A stretch of 64,000 bases of DNA from Nitrososphaeria archaeon. GTDB lineage: Archaea > Thermoproteota > Nitrososphaeria > JACIWG01. Numbering within the stretch: position 1 is the first letter of the stretch; each line of letters starts with the position of its first letter. Below the pieces are notes generated by a model that was not told where the DNA came from, did no database searches, and saw only the letters and a list, made by a program, of their open reading frames with translations. Positions 37,998 through 47,455 of this stretch are shown here, piece by piece. A program made the position numbers and the translations under genes. The stretch is taken from the NCBI GenBank assembly GCA_050011875.1, contig JBEKIG010000013.1, forward strand, positions 4,928 to 68,927, given 5' to 3'.

Positions 37998-38986
37998 AAA
38001 TCCGTGATTTTCTGTTATCACCTGAAGTCAGAATAACCATAGCCGCGGTGGCGATATTTATAGCGTTTGGATTGCTTAACTCAAAATTTTTCACACAATT
38101 TGTATGGAGGGGAATTTTAACGGATGGAGCAGACCTCAGTTTCCTAATACTTGGTGAAAGTCTTGTTATAACATCTGGTGAGATAGATCTTTCAGTGGCC
38201 TCAACGTGGGCTTTAACTGCATACATTTTCCAATTCTTCACAAATCCTACTGTAATGGGGGGTTTGGCTTTAGATCCAAATCTTGTTGCGGTAGCGGTTT
38301 TGTGTCTAGGTATCGGAATAGGTGCTGCCAACGGCGTTGTCTCAGTTAAGAGTGGTGTCCCTTCCTTCCTTGTAACCTTGGCTTCGTTGTGGATAGTAAG
38401 GAGCGTAGTATTTATCATAAGTCCGGGTACCTATAGTTATTTGCATGTTACTAACACAGTGTTTGATAAAACCTTGAAAGGTTACGTAGGAGTGTTCCCT
38501 TATGAATTCATATGGTTCATCGTCCTCACAGCGATCTTTTTATTCATACTTACTAGGACTAAATTTGGTGGTCACGTGCTTGCTGTCGGAGGCAATCGGA
38601 CAGTTGCCAGAAACCTAGGAGTTCGAGTCGATAGAACCAAGATACTCTGCTTCATAATCTGTGGTTTCATGGCAGCTCTAGGGGGAATAGCGTTTATAAC
38701 AACGTACGGGGTGATGCAGCCTGTCTCTGGTATGGAAGCGGAGTTCGGAGCTGGTTTGGAGTTCGAAGCAATAGCTGTATGCATGATGAGCGGTATGTCG
38801 CCTTGGGGTGGACGAACAAGCATTATTGCGGTGTTCATCGCAACCGTTGCATATTCATCGTTCAAGGATGGGCTGGTACTTTCTGGGCTGCCAGGCTATT
38901 GGTATCTCCCATGTGTGGGAATCATGGTTTTCGTCCTCGTTGGCTTGCATTTGATTGGAAGGAGAAGAATAATTAAGCAACAGTGA
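37994..38986 (+). CDS. sugar ABC transporter permease (CUT2 type), subunit 2
   Basis: The ATG at 37994 overlaps the upstream stop (ATGA). About 330 aa, with the same family motif ...FGGHVLAVGGNRTVARNLGVRVDRTKILCF... Confidence 0.85.
   Translation: MKIRDFLLSPEVRITIAAVAIFIAFGLLNSKFFTQFVWRGILTDGADLSFLILGESLVITSGEIDLSVASTWALTAYIFQFFTNPTVMGGLALDPNLVAVAVLCLGIGIGAANGVVSVKSGVPSFLVTLASLWIVRSVVFIISPGTYSYLHVTNTVFDKTLKGYVGVFPYEFIWFIVLTAIFLFILTRTKFGGHVLAVGGNRTVARNLGVRVDRTKILCFIICGFMAALGGIAFITTYGVMQPVSGMEAEFGAGLEFEAIAVCMMSGMSPWGGRTSIIAVFIATVAYSSFKDGLVLSGLPGYWYLPCVGIMVFVLVGLHLIGRRRIIKQQ
38573..38664. repeat. partner of the 37599-37690 near-identical tract
   Basis: See 37599-37690. Confidence 0.75.
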
Positions 38987-39064
38987 AAGTGAAGTACAAA
39001 GACAGACGATGTCTAAGGTGCAACGCCAAAATCCCTATTTTTACAATAATATAGTATAGAATTG

Positions 39065-39184
39065 TTATTTAAATATTAAAAGGATCTTACCTGATTTAGT
39101 AGTTTGGAAAAGTTTCATGGCCTCTGGTCCTTCTTCAAAAGGAAACCTATGCGTTATCACCTTTTCTAGTTTAATATTATGCCT
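39065..39184 (-). pseudogene. C-terminal relic of a zinc-type (MDR) alcohol/polyol dehydrogenase
   Basis: The minus strand reads RHNIKLEKVITHRFPFEEGPEAMKLFQTTKSGKILLIFK(stop). This is the typical ...l..lITHrfpLee..eAf.l......gKvvl tail. A stop lies immediately upstream and no N-terminal part is present. Confidence 0.4.
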
Positions 39185-39412
39185 TTAGACCTTGAAAAAG
39201 AGATAATGTCTCATAACACATCTCCACCACTTCTATTTAGGGCTGTAAATAAGAAAAAATACATTTGAGTGGATAATTGTTAATACTTTTCTATTAAAAA
39301 TCCCCAAATCTGCTTTACAGTGGAAACAATAAAAAAGAATAAAGGTGATGATGCAAACCTATTAATATTTTTTATTTTAATGATATAGAATTATTATAAT
39401 TATATGTTATAA

Positions 39413-39423
39413 CTTTATATAAG
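39413..39423 (+). promoter_or_regulatory. TATA box (ctttatataag) of the solute-binding protein gene
   Basis: It is centred about 27 nt upstream of the ATG at 39445. It is similar to the box at 37005-37016. Confidence 0.45.
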
Positions 39424-39444
39424 ACCGGATTTACATAAACAGGT

Positions 39445-40683
39445 ATGAGTCAAGAACCTAAAAAGGTAGAAAGAAGGAATTTTCTTAACTACGCAGTTGC
39501 TATCATAGCAACAGGAGTTGTAGTTGGCGCTGGTGTATACCTGCTAAAGCCATCTGTTACTTCAACAGTTACTTCATCAACTACTTCAACTGTCGCCGGA
39601 CCTACGACTACTGTCACTGGACCTACGACTACTGTCTCCGGAGCTGGTGGTACTTCAACAGTTACCACAACTGTAAGCGGTGCTGGCGGAGGAACAACGA
39701 CAGTTCCAACGACGATTACTGCAACTATCGGCACAGCAACAGCGACAGCAAATACGTATACAATCTGGATGGCCGACCATGGAGAGGTTGGCAGCTCGTT
39801 CTGGGCACCCTGCTACAAAGGAGTACAAGATGCTATCAATCAGTTAGCAATGTCCGGAAATGCAACGATAAACTTTAAGCATACCTACACCAATGAGGAT
39901 TACGCAGCAGAGGCTACCGACCTTCAGGAGGCGGTTGCGTCTAAACCTGATGGCATTCTGATGACAGTTCCAAGTGATCCTACGTTACTTGATGCGACAG
40001 TCAGAGCGGGCGTCGCTGCAGGTATACCATTCATAGATCTCAACGCTAATGACCCAAGACCTCTTAACCAGCAGATGCCTTATCTATACTACGTTGGCGA
40101 AAATTCTACAGAATCTGGTGTCGCACTGGCGATGGACCTACCAAGATGGATCAAAGCAAATAGTAGTTTCACGCCTTCGAACTTTCTGTTATGCAATCCG
40201 GTGGCTGGGCATGTTATCTGGGAAGCAAGGTTGCAAGAGTACGCGACATTCATGACATCACAATATCCTGGTTGTACTGTCAATACTGTAGTAACTGGAA
40301 CAGATACAACGAAGGTTCCAGGCATAATGACGTCGTTTTTGACACAGTACCCCAAAACAGACATGATAGTTATGTCTGGTGGGTCAGTCGATGTCCTATG
40401 GCCGGTACTTACCGCAGCAGGAAAAACACCTGGTCCTAAGGGCAATATGTTGGTAGCAGCTTTCGATCCAACCACGACATGTATGACACACATGAGCGAC
40501 TTATCGATGGCCAACTGCTTCGATCAGCAACAGTACCTACAAGGATGGATACCTATGTGGGGGATATTCATGGATATTAGACATTCATTTGCACTTTACG
40601 GGACAGTTGCTACAGGGCCTTTCATAATAAACGAGCTCAACGTCGCTACCGTAATGAAGAGCTCAACAGAAGGCTTCAGATAG
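39445..40683 (+). CDS. sugar ABC transporter substrate-binding protein (PBP type I, RbsB-like) with Tat-like motif, membrane anchor and Thr-rich linker
   Basis: ERRNFLNY twin-arginine-like motif, hydrophobic anchor, and about 70 aa of T/S/G/V linker containing a tandem GPTTTV(T/S) repeat (39598-39636). This is followed by a PBP1 fold (...YTIWMADHGEVGSSFW..., ...GILMTVPSDP...). Confidence 0.8.
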   Translation: MSQEPKKVERRNFLNYAVAIIATGVVVGAGVYLLKPSVTSTVTSSTTSTVAGPTTTVTGPTTTVSGAGGTSTVTTTVSGAGGGTTTVPTTITATIGTATATANTYTIWMADHGEVGSSFWAPCYKGVQDAINQLAMSGNATINFKHTYTNEDYAAEATDLQEAVASKPDGILMTVPSDPTLLDATVRAGVAAGIPFIDLNANDPRPLNQQMPYLYYVGENSTESGVALAMDLPRWIKANSSFTPSNFLLCNPVAGHVIWEARLQEYATFMTSQYPGCTVNTVVTGTDTTKVPGIMTSFLTQYPKTDMIVMSGGSVDVLWPVLTAAGKTPGPKGNMLVAAFDPTTTCMTHMSDLSMANCFDQQQYLQGWIPMWGIFMDIRHSFALYGTVATGPFIINELNVATVMKSSTEGFR

Positions 40684-40782
40684 ATTAGGGTTTCCTTCCC
40701 CCTTTCTTTTTTTTGTAATAAGACTATTTTGAATTTTATAATAAGACTGTTTTGAATAGACCAATGTCGCTTCCGTTATGAA

Positions 40783-41235
40783 CTAGGTTCCACTTGAAGT
40801 CACATTTAATGTGACAGTTCTCTCGGCAAGACCTAGGCCGATTGCATCTAGGAACTCGAAGGTAAGTTGAACTTGGGATAATCCAGAAAATGGTTCCTGT
40901 ACCGAAAGGGTGCAGTTTCCGGTGCCTGGAGTCAGCATATTAACCGTCACCTTAGTGTATGGTCCGAACAGACCGACCTGACCTGTGGTAATATATGCTT
41001 GGGCGGTGGTGATTAGGTTTTTGCTAACAGAAGAATAATATACAGTTATATTAAAAGTGGATTGAGCTTTGACTGTCGAAGGGTACGACATACTGATTAT
41101 CGTTACATGTGTTGCCAAGTCATCGTTTGTAATTACAACGGCCAGCACTATGACAATCATGCAGAGCACAAGGGCGACCTCATACCCTCTTTTCTTGATT
41201 TTAGCTGACCACATCTTTCCCAGCACTTCCAACAT
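40783..41235 (-). CDS. small signal-anchored beta-rich protein tightly coupled to the ABC ATPase gene
   Basis: 150 aa with one TM helix followed by a ~105-aa beta-strand-like domain. The start is 2 nt after the stop of 41238-42011. Confidence 0.5.
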   Translation of the reverse strand: MLEVLGKMWSAKIKKRGYEVALVLCMIVIVLAVVITNDDLATHVTIISMSYPSTVKAQSTFNITVYYSSVSKNLITTAQAYITTGQVGLFGPYTKVTVNMLTPGTGNCTLSVQEPFSGLSQVQLTFEFLDAIGLGLAERTVTLNVTSSGT

Positions 41236-41237
41236 TC

Positions 41238-42011
41238 TTAATGGGATCCTTCTTGTAATTTCGCTTTTCTAAGCATATTTGTAATGTCCTCCGGTGTTAG
41301 ATCGGGTCTCTCCTTCTTGCTTAAAGATATGACCTTTACCCCTCTGTCCAAGATCTCAAATCTGTCTGCAATAGAAAATGCTTCATAAATATTATGTGTG
41401 ATATATATGAACGATATATTATGTTCCTTAAAGTTATTCAATGTCTCGGTGACTTTATCTCGTTCGACGACGGAAAGGGCCGTTAAAGGCTCATCAAGAA
41501 ATAAGAGCTTAATGCCAAAGTAGTTAGCCCTAGCCATGGCTATCGACTGCCTCTCCCCCCCAGACATGACGCCTATTTCTTCATCTGACGACCTTAACCC
41601 TATTCCGATAGCCCCTATTCTGGATAATGTTTCATCGCGCATCGCACCAACACGTAGCAACTTGAAGGGCCCCCATCCTCTAGTCCGTTCCTTCGCCAGA
41701 AAGAAATTTCTCCAAACGTTCATCGAATCTACTAAGTTCGCGTCTTGGTAAACAATATCTATTCCTGCTCCTCTCGCATCTGCAGGGGAAGCGAAAGAGA
41801 CCTCTTTTCCCTCAAAGTATATCTTTCCTTCGTTTATTGGGTGAACACCAACAATACATTTTATCAGTGTTGACTTTCCAGCGCCGTTGTCACCAAGCAA
41901 TGCTACACATTCATTGTAGCCTACTTGCAGATCTACTTTTTTTAAAGCATCAACACTTCCAAACCTTTTAGTAATACCTTGTGCATCCAAAAGCCATTTT
42001 TCTTGAGTCAT
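41238..42011 (-). CDS. ABC transporter ATP-binding protein (single NBD, sugar type)
   Basis: Walker A GDNGAGKST, signature MSGGERQ, Walker B LLFLDEP and an H-loop ITHN. 257 aa. Confidence 0.9.
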   Translation of the reverse strand: MTQEKWLLDAQGITKRFGSVDALKKVDLQVGYNECVALLGDNGAGKSTLIKCIVGVHPINEGKIYFEGKEVSFASPADARGAGIDIVYQDANLVDSMNVWRNFFLAKERTRGWGPFKLLRVGAMRDETLSRIGAIGIGLRSSDEEIGVMSGGERQSIAMARANYFGIKLLFLDEPLTALSVVERDKVTETLNNFKEHNISFIYITHNIYEAFSIADRFEILDRGVKVISLSKKERPDLTPEDITNMLRKAKLQEGSH

Positions 42012-42290
42012 CGACCTTGAGATAATTATGTTCTTCTATTTAAATTTTAAAAAAATACTATATGAAACAATAAATATAATTCTCAAATAAATCAAGCCTT
42101 TCTCAGTTTAACATAGAACAATAGTGAAATACTGTTCATGGAGAAATCATCGATGTCAAAGCGGATTTCTCTGTCTTAAACAGCAGATGACTTTAGGGTT
42201 AATATGTGACATCTTCCTAAGCTTTTAGTTCTAAAAGATTGTGTTTGAAAACCAAATACTTCTTAATTCTATCTTCTATAAACTATTGTC

Positions 42291-42461
42291 TTACAATTCC
42301 TCTACAATTATCTTTTTTTCTTTCGTAAAACTTACCTTCACCTTGATAGATGAATGCAAATGGAATGGAAAGCCCGTGTCTTCTACCAGATTCTTTGGCA
42401 GGTACAGGAAGTACTTTCCATCATTTCTCCTGGAAATGCTCCCGACACTCTTGTCCACCAT
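42291..42461 (-). CDS. 56-aa AbrB/SpoVT-like DNA-binding protein (not in the ORF track)
   Basis: ATG at 42461, TAA at 42291-42293. The peptide is MVDKSVGSISRRNDGKYFLYLPKNLVEDTGFPFHLHSSIKVKVSFTKEKKIIVEEL. It follows the swapped-hairpin pattern y.v.iPk.l.e..g.......v.v.....k.iii. Confidence 0.4.
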   Translation of the reverse strand: MVDKSVGSISRRNDGKYFLYLPKNLVEDTGFPFHLHSSIKVKVSFTKEKKIIVEEL

Positions 42462-42801
42462 TTTAACTCATTTTTAATTCACAGGGTTCGAATAACCCCA
42501 TTATAAATATTTGCTAATTAAAATATTTTTTAATACGCGGTTTATCGAACACCTTGCCGATGACTGGTTTTGGAAAAGGCCTTATGTCAATTATTTTCAA
42601 ATTTCAAAACTTTGGTCCCCTTGAAATATAAATTCTCTTATGAGCGTTTGCGGAAATAGTTGAACCCTGATTATGATAAATGTATTTTTAGATTCCTCCA
42701 TATATCTTGACCAGTTCTTTTTCTTGCTGGAAGAATTGATGACTGATTCTTGTACGAATCGACCCAAAATGTTTAAAAGAATCTCAAGTCATAATTCGAA
42801 T

Positions 42802-43539
42802 ATGGATGAAAGAAAAAGTAAAGTCAAAGAAATTACCGAAATGTCAAATGTTGAAATAATGAAGGAACTCAGGAAGTTTGACACTGCCACCATCTGTAAC
42901 GTCGTTGCAACCTATCCAGAAAATGATATCTGTCTGAAACTATACGATGCATGGTACGGGGAATATTATACAAACCAGAGCTTGCGTTGTATATATCCTG
43001 AGCTTGGTCCCCTCTGTGGTTACGCCGCAACCGCCTGGTACTCTGAATGGTCTGAAAATTATACAAAGTTTGATGATTGGGTGTTGTACGATCATGTAAA
43101 TCTGACCAAGAAGCCTACAATTCTTGTTACAAAACAGACATATCCTTCAGGACTTGTCGGTGGTGGTCTTTTCGGAGGCAACTTTACGACCCAACTGAAA
43201 TTTTTGGGTGTTGTCGGCGTTTTGACCGATGGGCCGATGAGGGACTACGAAGAGATTAAACCTATGAAATTCCAGTACTTGGCATCCGGGCTTACTTCGG
43301 GGCACGGCCCTTGGAGTTTGAGGGGAGTGAATATACCGGTTACAGTTGCTGGGATGTCAGTCCAGCCAGGCGACATAATACACATGGACGTCTGTGGTGC
43401 AGTAAAGTTCCCAGAAAAGTACCTACCAAAGGTACTAGAATATGCAAATGAGCTAATAAAACGTGAAAGCAAGCATCAAGGCAGATTTCACGATCTGGAC
43501 TTCACATACGAAAAATGGAAGAGTAGTGGCAAGCAGTAA
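42802..43539 (+). CDS. RraA-like (4-hydroxy-4-methyl-2-oxoglutarate aldolase/oxaloacetate decarboxylase family) protein
   Basis: ...FDTATICNVV... and ...GGLFGGNFTTQLKFLGVVGVLTDGPMRDYEEI... match the RraA/HMG aldolase fold motifs. The start is uncertain (42673, 42802 or 42841). Confidence 0.7.
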   Translation: MDERKSKVKEITEMSNVEIMKELRKFDTATICNVVATYPENDICLKLYDAWYGEYYTNQSLRCIYPELGPLCGYAATAWYSEWSENYTKFDDWVLYDHVNLTKKPTILVTKQTYPSGLVGGGLFGGNFTTQLKFLGVVGVLTDGPMRDYEEIKPMKFQYLASGLTSGHGPWSLRGVNIPVTVAGMSVQPGDIIHMDVCGAVKFPEKYLPKVLEYANELIKRESKHQGRFHDLDFTYEKWKSSGKQ

Positions 43540-43603
43540 TACAGACAAGCAAAAAAAGCGATACATTTATTAATATATCATTAGATATATTTAACGATAT
43601 AAT

Positions 43604-44116
43604 ATGTGCGGATTTAGATATGGATGTTCAGACGATATGAGAGGTTTCGGAGGAAGACACATGCACTTGAAAGGGGCGTTTGGGGTCAGGAGGGGCGATT
43701 TCCGTTTCCTTGTCTTGATGGCTCTGTCAGAAAAGCCGATGCACGGATACGCCCTTATTCAAGAGATAGGAAGGGAACATCAGCGACCTGTAAGCGCAGG
43801 GCTAGTCTATCCTACACTTCAGGAGCTTGAGGATCTGGGATATATTGTTTCCGAAGAAAGGGAAGGAAAGAAGATCTACTCGTTGACTTCTGAAGGCAGG
43901 AAGTACCTTGAAGATAAGAAGGATATAGTTGAAAGGATTAGGGCTGGGAAGGAGTACACCGAAAGGATGGGCATATTCGCTTTCGTGAAAGATGTGAGGG
44001 ACATCCAATCGATGATCTTCCAAAATGAGGAATACGTTGACGAAGAAAAGATGAACAAGATACATGAGATACTAGCGGAATCCAAGAAGAAGGTCGCTTC
44101 TGTAATCTTTGAATAG
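43604..44116 (+). CDS. PadR family transcriptional regulator
   Basis: FLVLMALSEKPMHGYALIQEI...GLVYPTLQELEDLGYIVSEEREGKKIYSLTSEGRKYL is the canonical PadR wHTH. Confidence 0.85.
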   Translation: MCGFRYGCSDDMRGFGGRHMHLKGAFGVRRGDFRFLVLMALSEKPMHGYALIQEIGREHQRPVSAGLVYPTLQELEDLGYIVSEEREGKKIYSLTSEGRKYLEDKKDIVERIRAGKEYTERMGIFAFVKDVRDIQSMIFQNEEYVDEEKMNKIHEILAESKKKVASVIFE

Positions 44117-44127
44117 GGGAATGTCTA

Positions 44128-44196
44128 ATGAAGGTAGCCGTAGTCGCAGACGACGGGAAGACTATATTGTCACATTCTTCAGGCAACACTTCCTAA
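44128..44196 (+). pseudogene. truncated NifX/NifB-C-like (Fe-Mo cofactor-binding domain family) ORF
   Basis: MKVAVVADDGKTILSHSSGNTS(stop) resembles the MKIAV.sddG..vs.HFG start of the family. A shifted frame downstream reads ...KDVNVIVGL(stop). Very short. Confidence 0.3.
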
Positions 44197-44505
44197 TAAT
44201 TCTGAAAAAGACGTTAACGTTATCGTCGGTTTATGACTGAGGCAGGATATACTTGAATGTTTACAATTAACTCTAAAGCGTCTGTTACAACTTTAATAGT
44301 TAAAGATAGCCTGCTGGGCCATAACCTGGTAATCACCCTCTACAACAACTGTCATAAAAATGTAATAGAATCGCAGAAAAGGAAATGGACCTTTTTTACA
44401 ATTTTAATAAAATTGGTGTGTAAATGGGTGATATGGAATGGTGAGCAGGAAAGACAGCGAGAAAGAAGGCCCAATTTTCGAATATGATCGTAGTTCATCA
44501 GAAAC

Positions 44506-46920
44506 TTACTGCTTCAACCAAAACTTCTTTATCAAAGGCACCTTGATGGAATCATTTACTAAGAAGGCTGCGATGAAAGAAAACGCTGGAACCGTTAGAG
44601 CGATGATGGGGGTTATCGGCGTCACTCCGGGTAACCCGAAAATAGCGATTAGGAAGACAAACAGTAAGTCAACTAAAATTATTATTAGTAAAGGATTACT
44701 GGGCCTCGAATCCCAGAAATGTTTGCGTTCCCTAATTATCAACAAGTCAAATAATTCCACAAAAATCAGCAGTTCGAACGAAAAGGTCTGCAATTGATTG
44801 ATATTGTTCCCGAGCCCAAAGTAATTAAGGCCTATTTCGAGTATAATCAGCAGCTCAGCTACGGCTGCGACCCCAAGGCAAACAGCCACTTTGATGAGAC
44901 CTGTTATATTCCAGCTGTCAGGTTTTTCAGAATATCGAACATTGTCTGTTGATAATGATAAGGTTACAAAATCTGTTAAGAATATCAGTAAAATCATGTG
45001 AAGCGCGGATATTATGTACGTTCCTGTCAGAAGGAAGGCGATAACTACTAAAATGGTTATCTGGAATGTTTTTACCACTTTATTGAGAATCCAAGTTATG
45101 ATCCGCTGATATATTATCCTACCACTTTTAATTAAATCCAGTATACTCACTAACCCTTCTGTTGTAAGGACAACGCTGGCAGCGTTCTTAGCCACATCCG
45201 TGGCGTTACTGACAGCTATACCCACTTCAGCTTGTTTCAAGGCAGGGGCATCGTTTATACCATCACCCGTCATTCCAACAATGTGACCCCCTCTCTGAAG
45301 GCCTTTAACGATGTAGTACTTGTCCTCAGGATAGATCTCTGCGAATCCACTATTATCTTCCAAAGTCTTGATGAGCTCGCTCTCTGGAAGCCCCTTCATA
45401 TCTGAGAACTTTACAATGTTCTGGTTTAAGCCGACCTGCTCTGCAACTTCTTTGGCTACCGGTAGAGCATCGCCTGTCAACACCTTTACTGAAACGCCAA
45501 CTTCTTTAAGTTCACTTATGAGCTCTTTTGAATCAGGCCTGGGCTTATCATATAACGCAGCTAGACCTACTAGTTTAACGCCGTTTTCCGTTTCACCTTC
45601 GGCGACAGCTATCACTCTATAGCCCCTTTTTGATAATCGCTCAACTGCCATCCCCATCTGATTTAATTCTTCTTGTCCCATCTTGCATAAAGCGAATATG
45701 GTTTCAACCGCTCCTTTAAACACATAAAATAGCTTCCCTTCTATGGAGATGATAGCTTCGGTCCTCCTAGTCGAAGGGTCAAAAGGGACGAACTTCTCCT
45801 GCAAATAACTCCTAAATTGGAAACTGATATTATTCGCTGCTGATAGGAAAGCAAGGTCGATAGAGTCCTGGTTCGCTTCATTAGATGCTAAAGCGCCGAA
45901 CAATATTACATCATCGTTTTTGTAACCTCTTGCGGGCATAATCTCCGCCATCTGAAGCTTGTTCATGGTAATTGTCCCGGTCTTATCGACGCATATCACA
46001 TCCGTGGTTGCAGCGTCCTCACTTGCACTAAGCCTTGTAATCAATATCCCTTTCTTCATCATATCCAAGGACCCAAGCGCCATGGTGATCGTAAACATCG
46101 TAGGCAGAGCAACAGGTATAGCCGAAATCAAAAGTACGACCGCTAACGGAAGTATTTCCAGTATATTCATCCCCCTTAAGATGGAGACAACTATGCTAAT
46201 TGAAAGAAATGATCCCACAATTGCGATCAACCATTTTACGATCTTTGAAGTCACCATCTCAATGTGCAACTCGGGTTTCGCGAATTGGACTAATTCCACG
46301 GTTCTTCCAAAGTACGTTTTTACACCAGTTGAGACAACAATACCAGATATTTCTCCCCTTCTAAGGATTGAACCACTATACAATACGTCATCGACCTTTT
46401 TTTCAATCGCTTGCGACTCTCCGGTCAGAGATGACTGATCAACTTCAGCGCTTCCGTCTAATACCTTGGTGTCTGCTAGGACAAGGTCACCTGACCTAAT
46501 CCTAATGATATCTCCCGATACTAGTTCCCTAGCGGAAACCGAGGTCCAGACGCCGTTACGTTTTACTTTTGCATTAACTTTCAGCCTTTGCTTAAGAAGC
46601 TCTAGTGCAGAGTTAGCTCTTTCCCCTTCTATAAAGCCGAGAACAGCATTAAAGACTAAAAGCCCGGTAATTATGTACATCTCAAAATATTTTTCTAAAA
46701 AGAATTCGAGTATTATGGTTACTTCAAGCAACCATGGGGTTACACCCCAAAACTTCTTTACAAACTGATAAAGAGGGTTAGCCTTCTTCTCTGGAACTTC
46801 GTTGAATCCGAACTCCTTTAATCTTTTCTGGACTTCATCAGAACTTAAGCCTTTATCGATATCAATATCAAACTTGTTTCCATTTGGTTCTTCTATTGAC
46901 GAACTCCTTTTTATGGCCAT
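44506..46920 (-). CDS. P-type ATPase, plasma-membrane H+-efflux (P3A-like) type
   Basis: 804 aa. Phosphorylation site CVDKTGTITMN, hinge MTGDGINDAPALKQAEVGIAV and TGES. The N-terminus GLSSDEVQKRLKEFGFNEVPEKKANPLYQFVKKFWG is typical of H+-ATPases such as the ~805-aa archaeal type. Confidence 0.9.
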   Translation of the reverse strand: MAIKRSSSIEEPNGNKFDIDIDKGLSSDEVQKRLKEFGFNEVPEKKANPLYQFVKKFWGVTPWLLEVTIILEFFLEKYFEMYIITGLLVFNAVLGFIEGERANSALELLKQRLKVNAKVKRNGVWTSVSARELVSGDIIRIRSGDLVLADTKVLDGSAEVDQSSLTGESQAIEKKVDDVLYSGSILRRGEISGIVVSTGVKTYFGRTVELVQFAKPELHIEMVTSKIVKWLIAIVGSFLSISIVVSILRGMNILEILPLAVVLLISAIPVALPTMFTITMALGSLDMMKKGILITRLSASEDAATTDVICVDKTGTITMNKLQMAEIMPARGYKNDDVILFGALASNEANQDSIDLAFLSAANNISFQFRSYLQEKFVPFDPSTRRTEAIISIEGKLFYVFKGAVETIFALCKMGQEELNQMGMAVERLSKRGYRVIAVAEGETENGVKLVGLAALYDKPRPDSKELISELKEVGVSVKVLTGDALPVAKEVAEQVGLNQNIVKFSDMKGLPESELIKTLEDNSGFAEIYPEDKYYIVKGLQRGGHIVGMTGDGINDAPALKQAEVGIAVSNATDVAKNAASVVLTTEGLVSILDLIKSGRIIYQRIITWILNKVVKTFQITILVVIAFLLTGTYIISALHMILLIFLTDFVTLSLSTDNVRYSEKPDSWNITGLIKVAVCLGVAAVAELLIILEIGLNYFGLGNNINQLQTFSFELLIFVELFDLLIIRERKHFWDSRPSNPLLIIILVDLLFVFLIAIFGLPGVTPITPIIALTVPAFSFIAAFLVNDSIKVPLIKKFWLKQ

Positions 46921-47000
46921 TTCTTACCACTTTTCCTCATACCATTGCATTGTGGAAATTGGCAAAGCCTTCTAAGATGTTCGAACCTATAAAGAACCCT

Positions 47001-47303
47001 TTATAGCTCCAAGTGAACTTGAACCACTCGGTCGTATTGTTTTCCCGCTTTTGTCACACTAAACTCTATTAGAAATATTGCCTTGCGCACCTGAACAAAC
47101 TTATGAGAAGCTAGGCGTTTCTGTCTCGTATCCACTCCCCGATAAGTCACCGAAATCCCATCCTTGGTCTCAATTTTCGACTTTACAGCGGCGACACATA
47201 GATCGTAGAGTGTTCCTTTTGGAAAGCCTGACTTCCCGTCAAGAAACTCAAGATAATCCTTCGATGTCAGATGGGCCTTCCTTGCTCCTGAACGGTAACC
47301 CAT
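47001..47303 (-). CDS. hypothetical protein
   Basis: 100-aa ORF. No family recognised. Confidence 0.35.
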   Translation of the reverse strand: MGYRSGARKAHLTSKDYLEFLDGKSGFPKGTLYDLCVAAVKSKIETKDGISVTYRGVDTRQKRLASHKFVQVRKAIFLIEFSVTKAGKQYDRVVQVHLEL

Positions 47304-47455
47304 ATCCTCTTGGTATACATTCGAGTGTTATCAGCTTTGCCTTTTATTACTAACTTAGACCATACTAAGGTTTTTAAATTGGGTCAGTCTTAACTATTAA
47401 AGAGAAATCCTTTAAGCTGCGAAGACCTTAAAGACTATAGGATAGGGAGTTCTAT

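Noticed and set aside
44257-44797. ORFs 44257-44487 and 44438-44797
   Set aside because: The second overlaps the 3' end of the well-supported P-type ATPase gene on the opposite strand. Both have atypical composition and no motifs.
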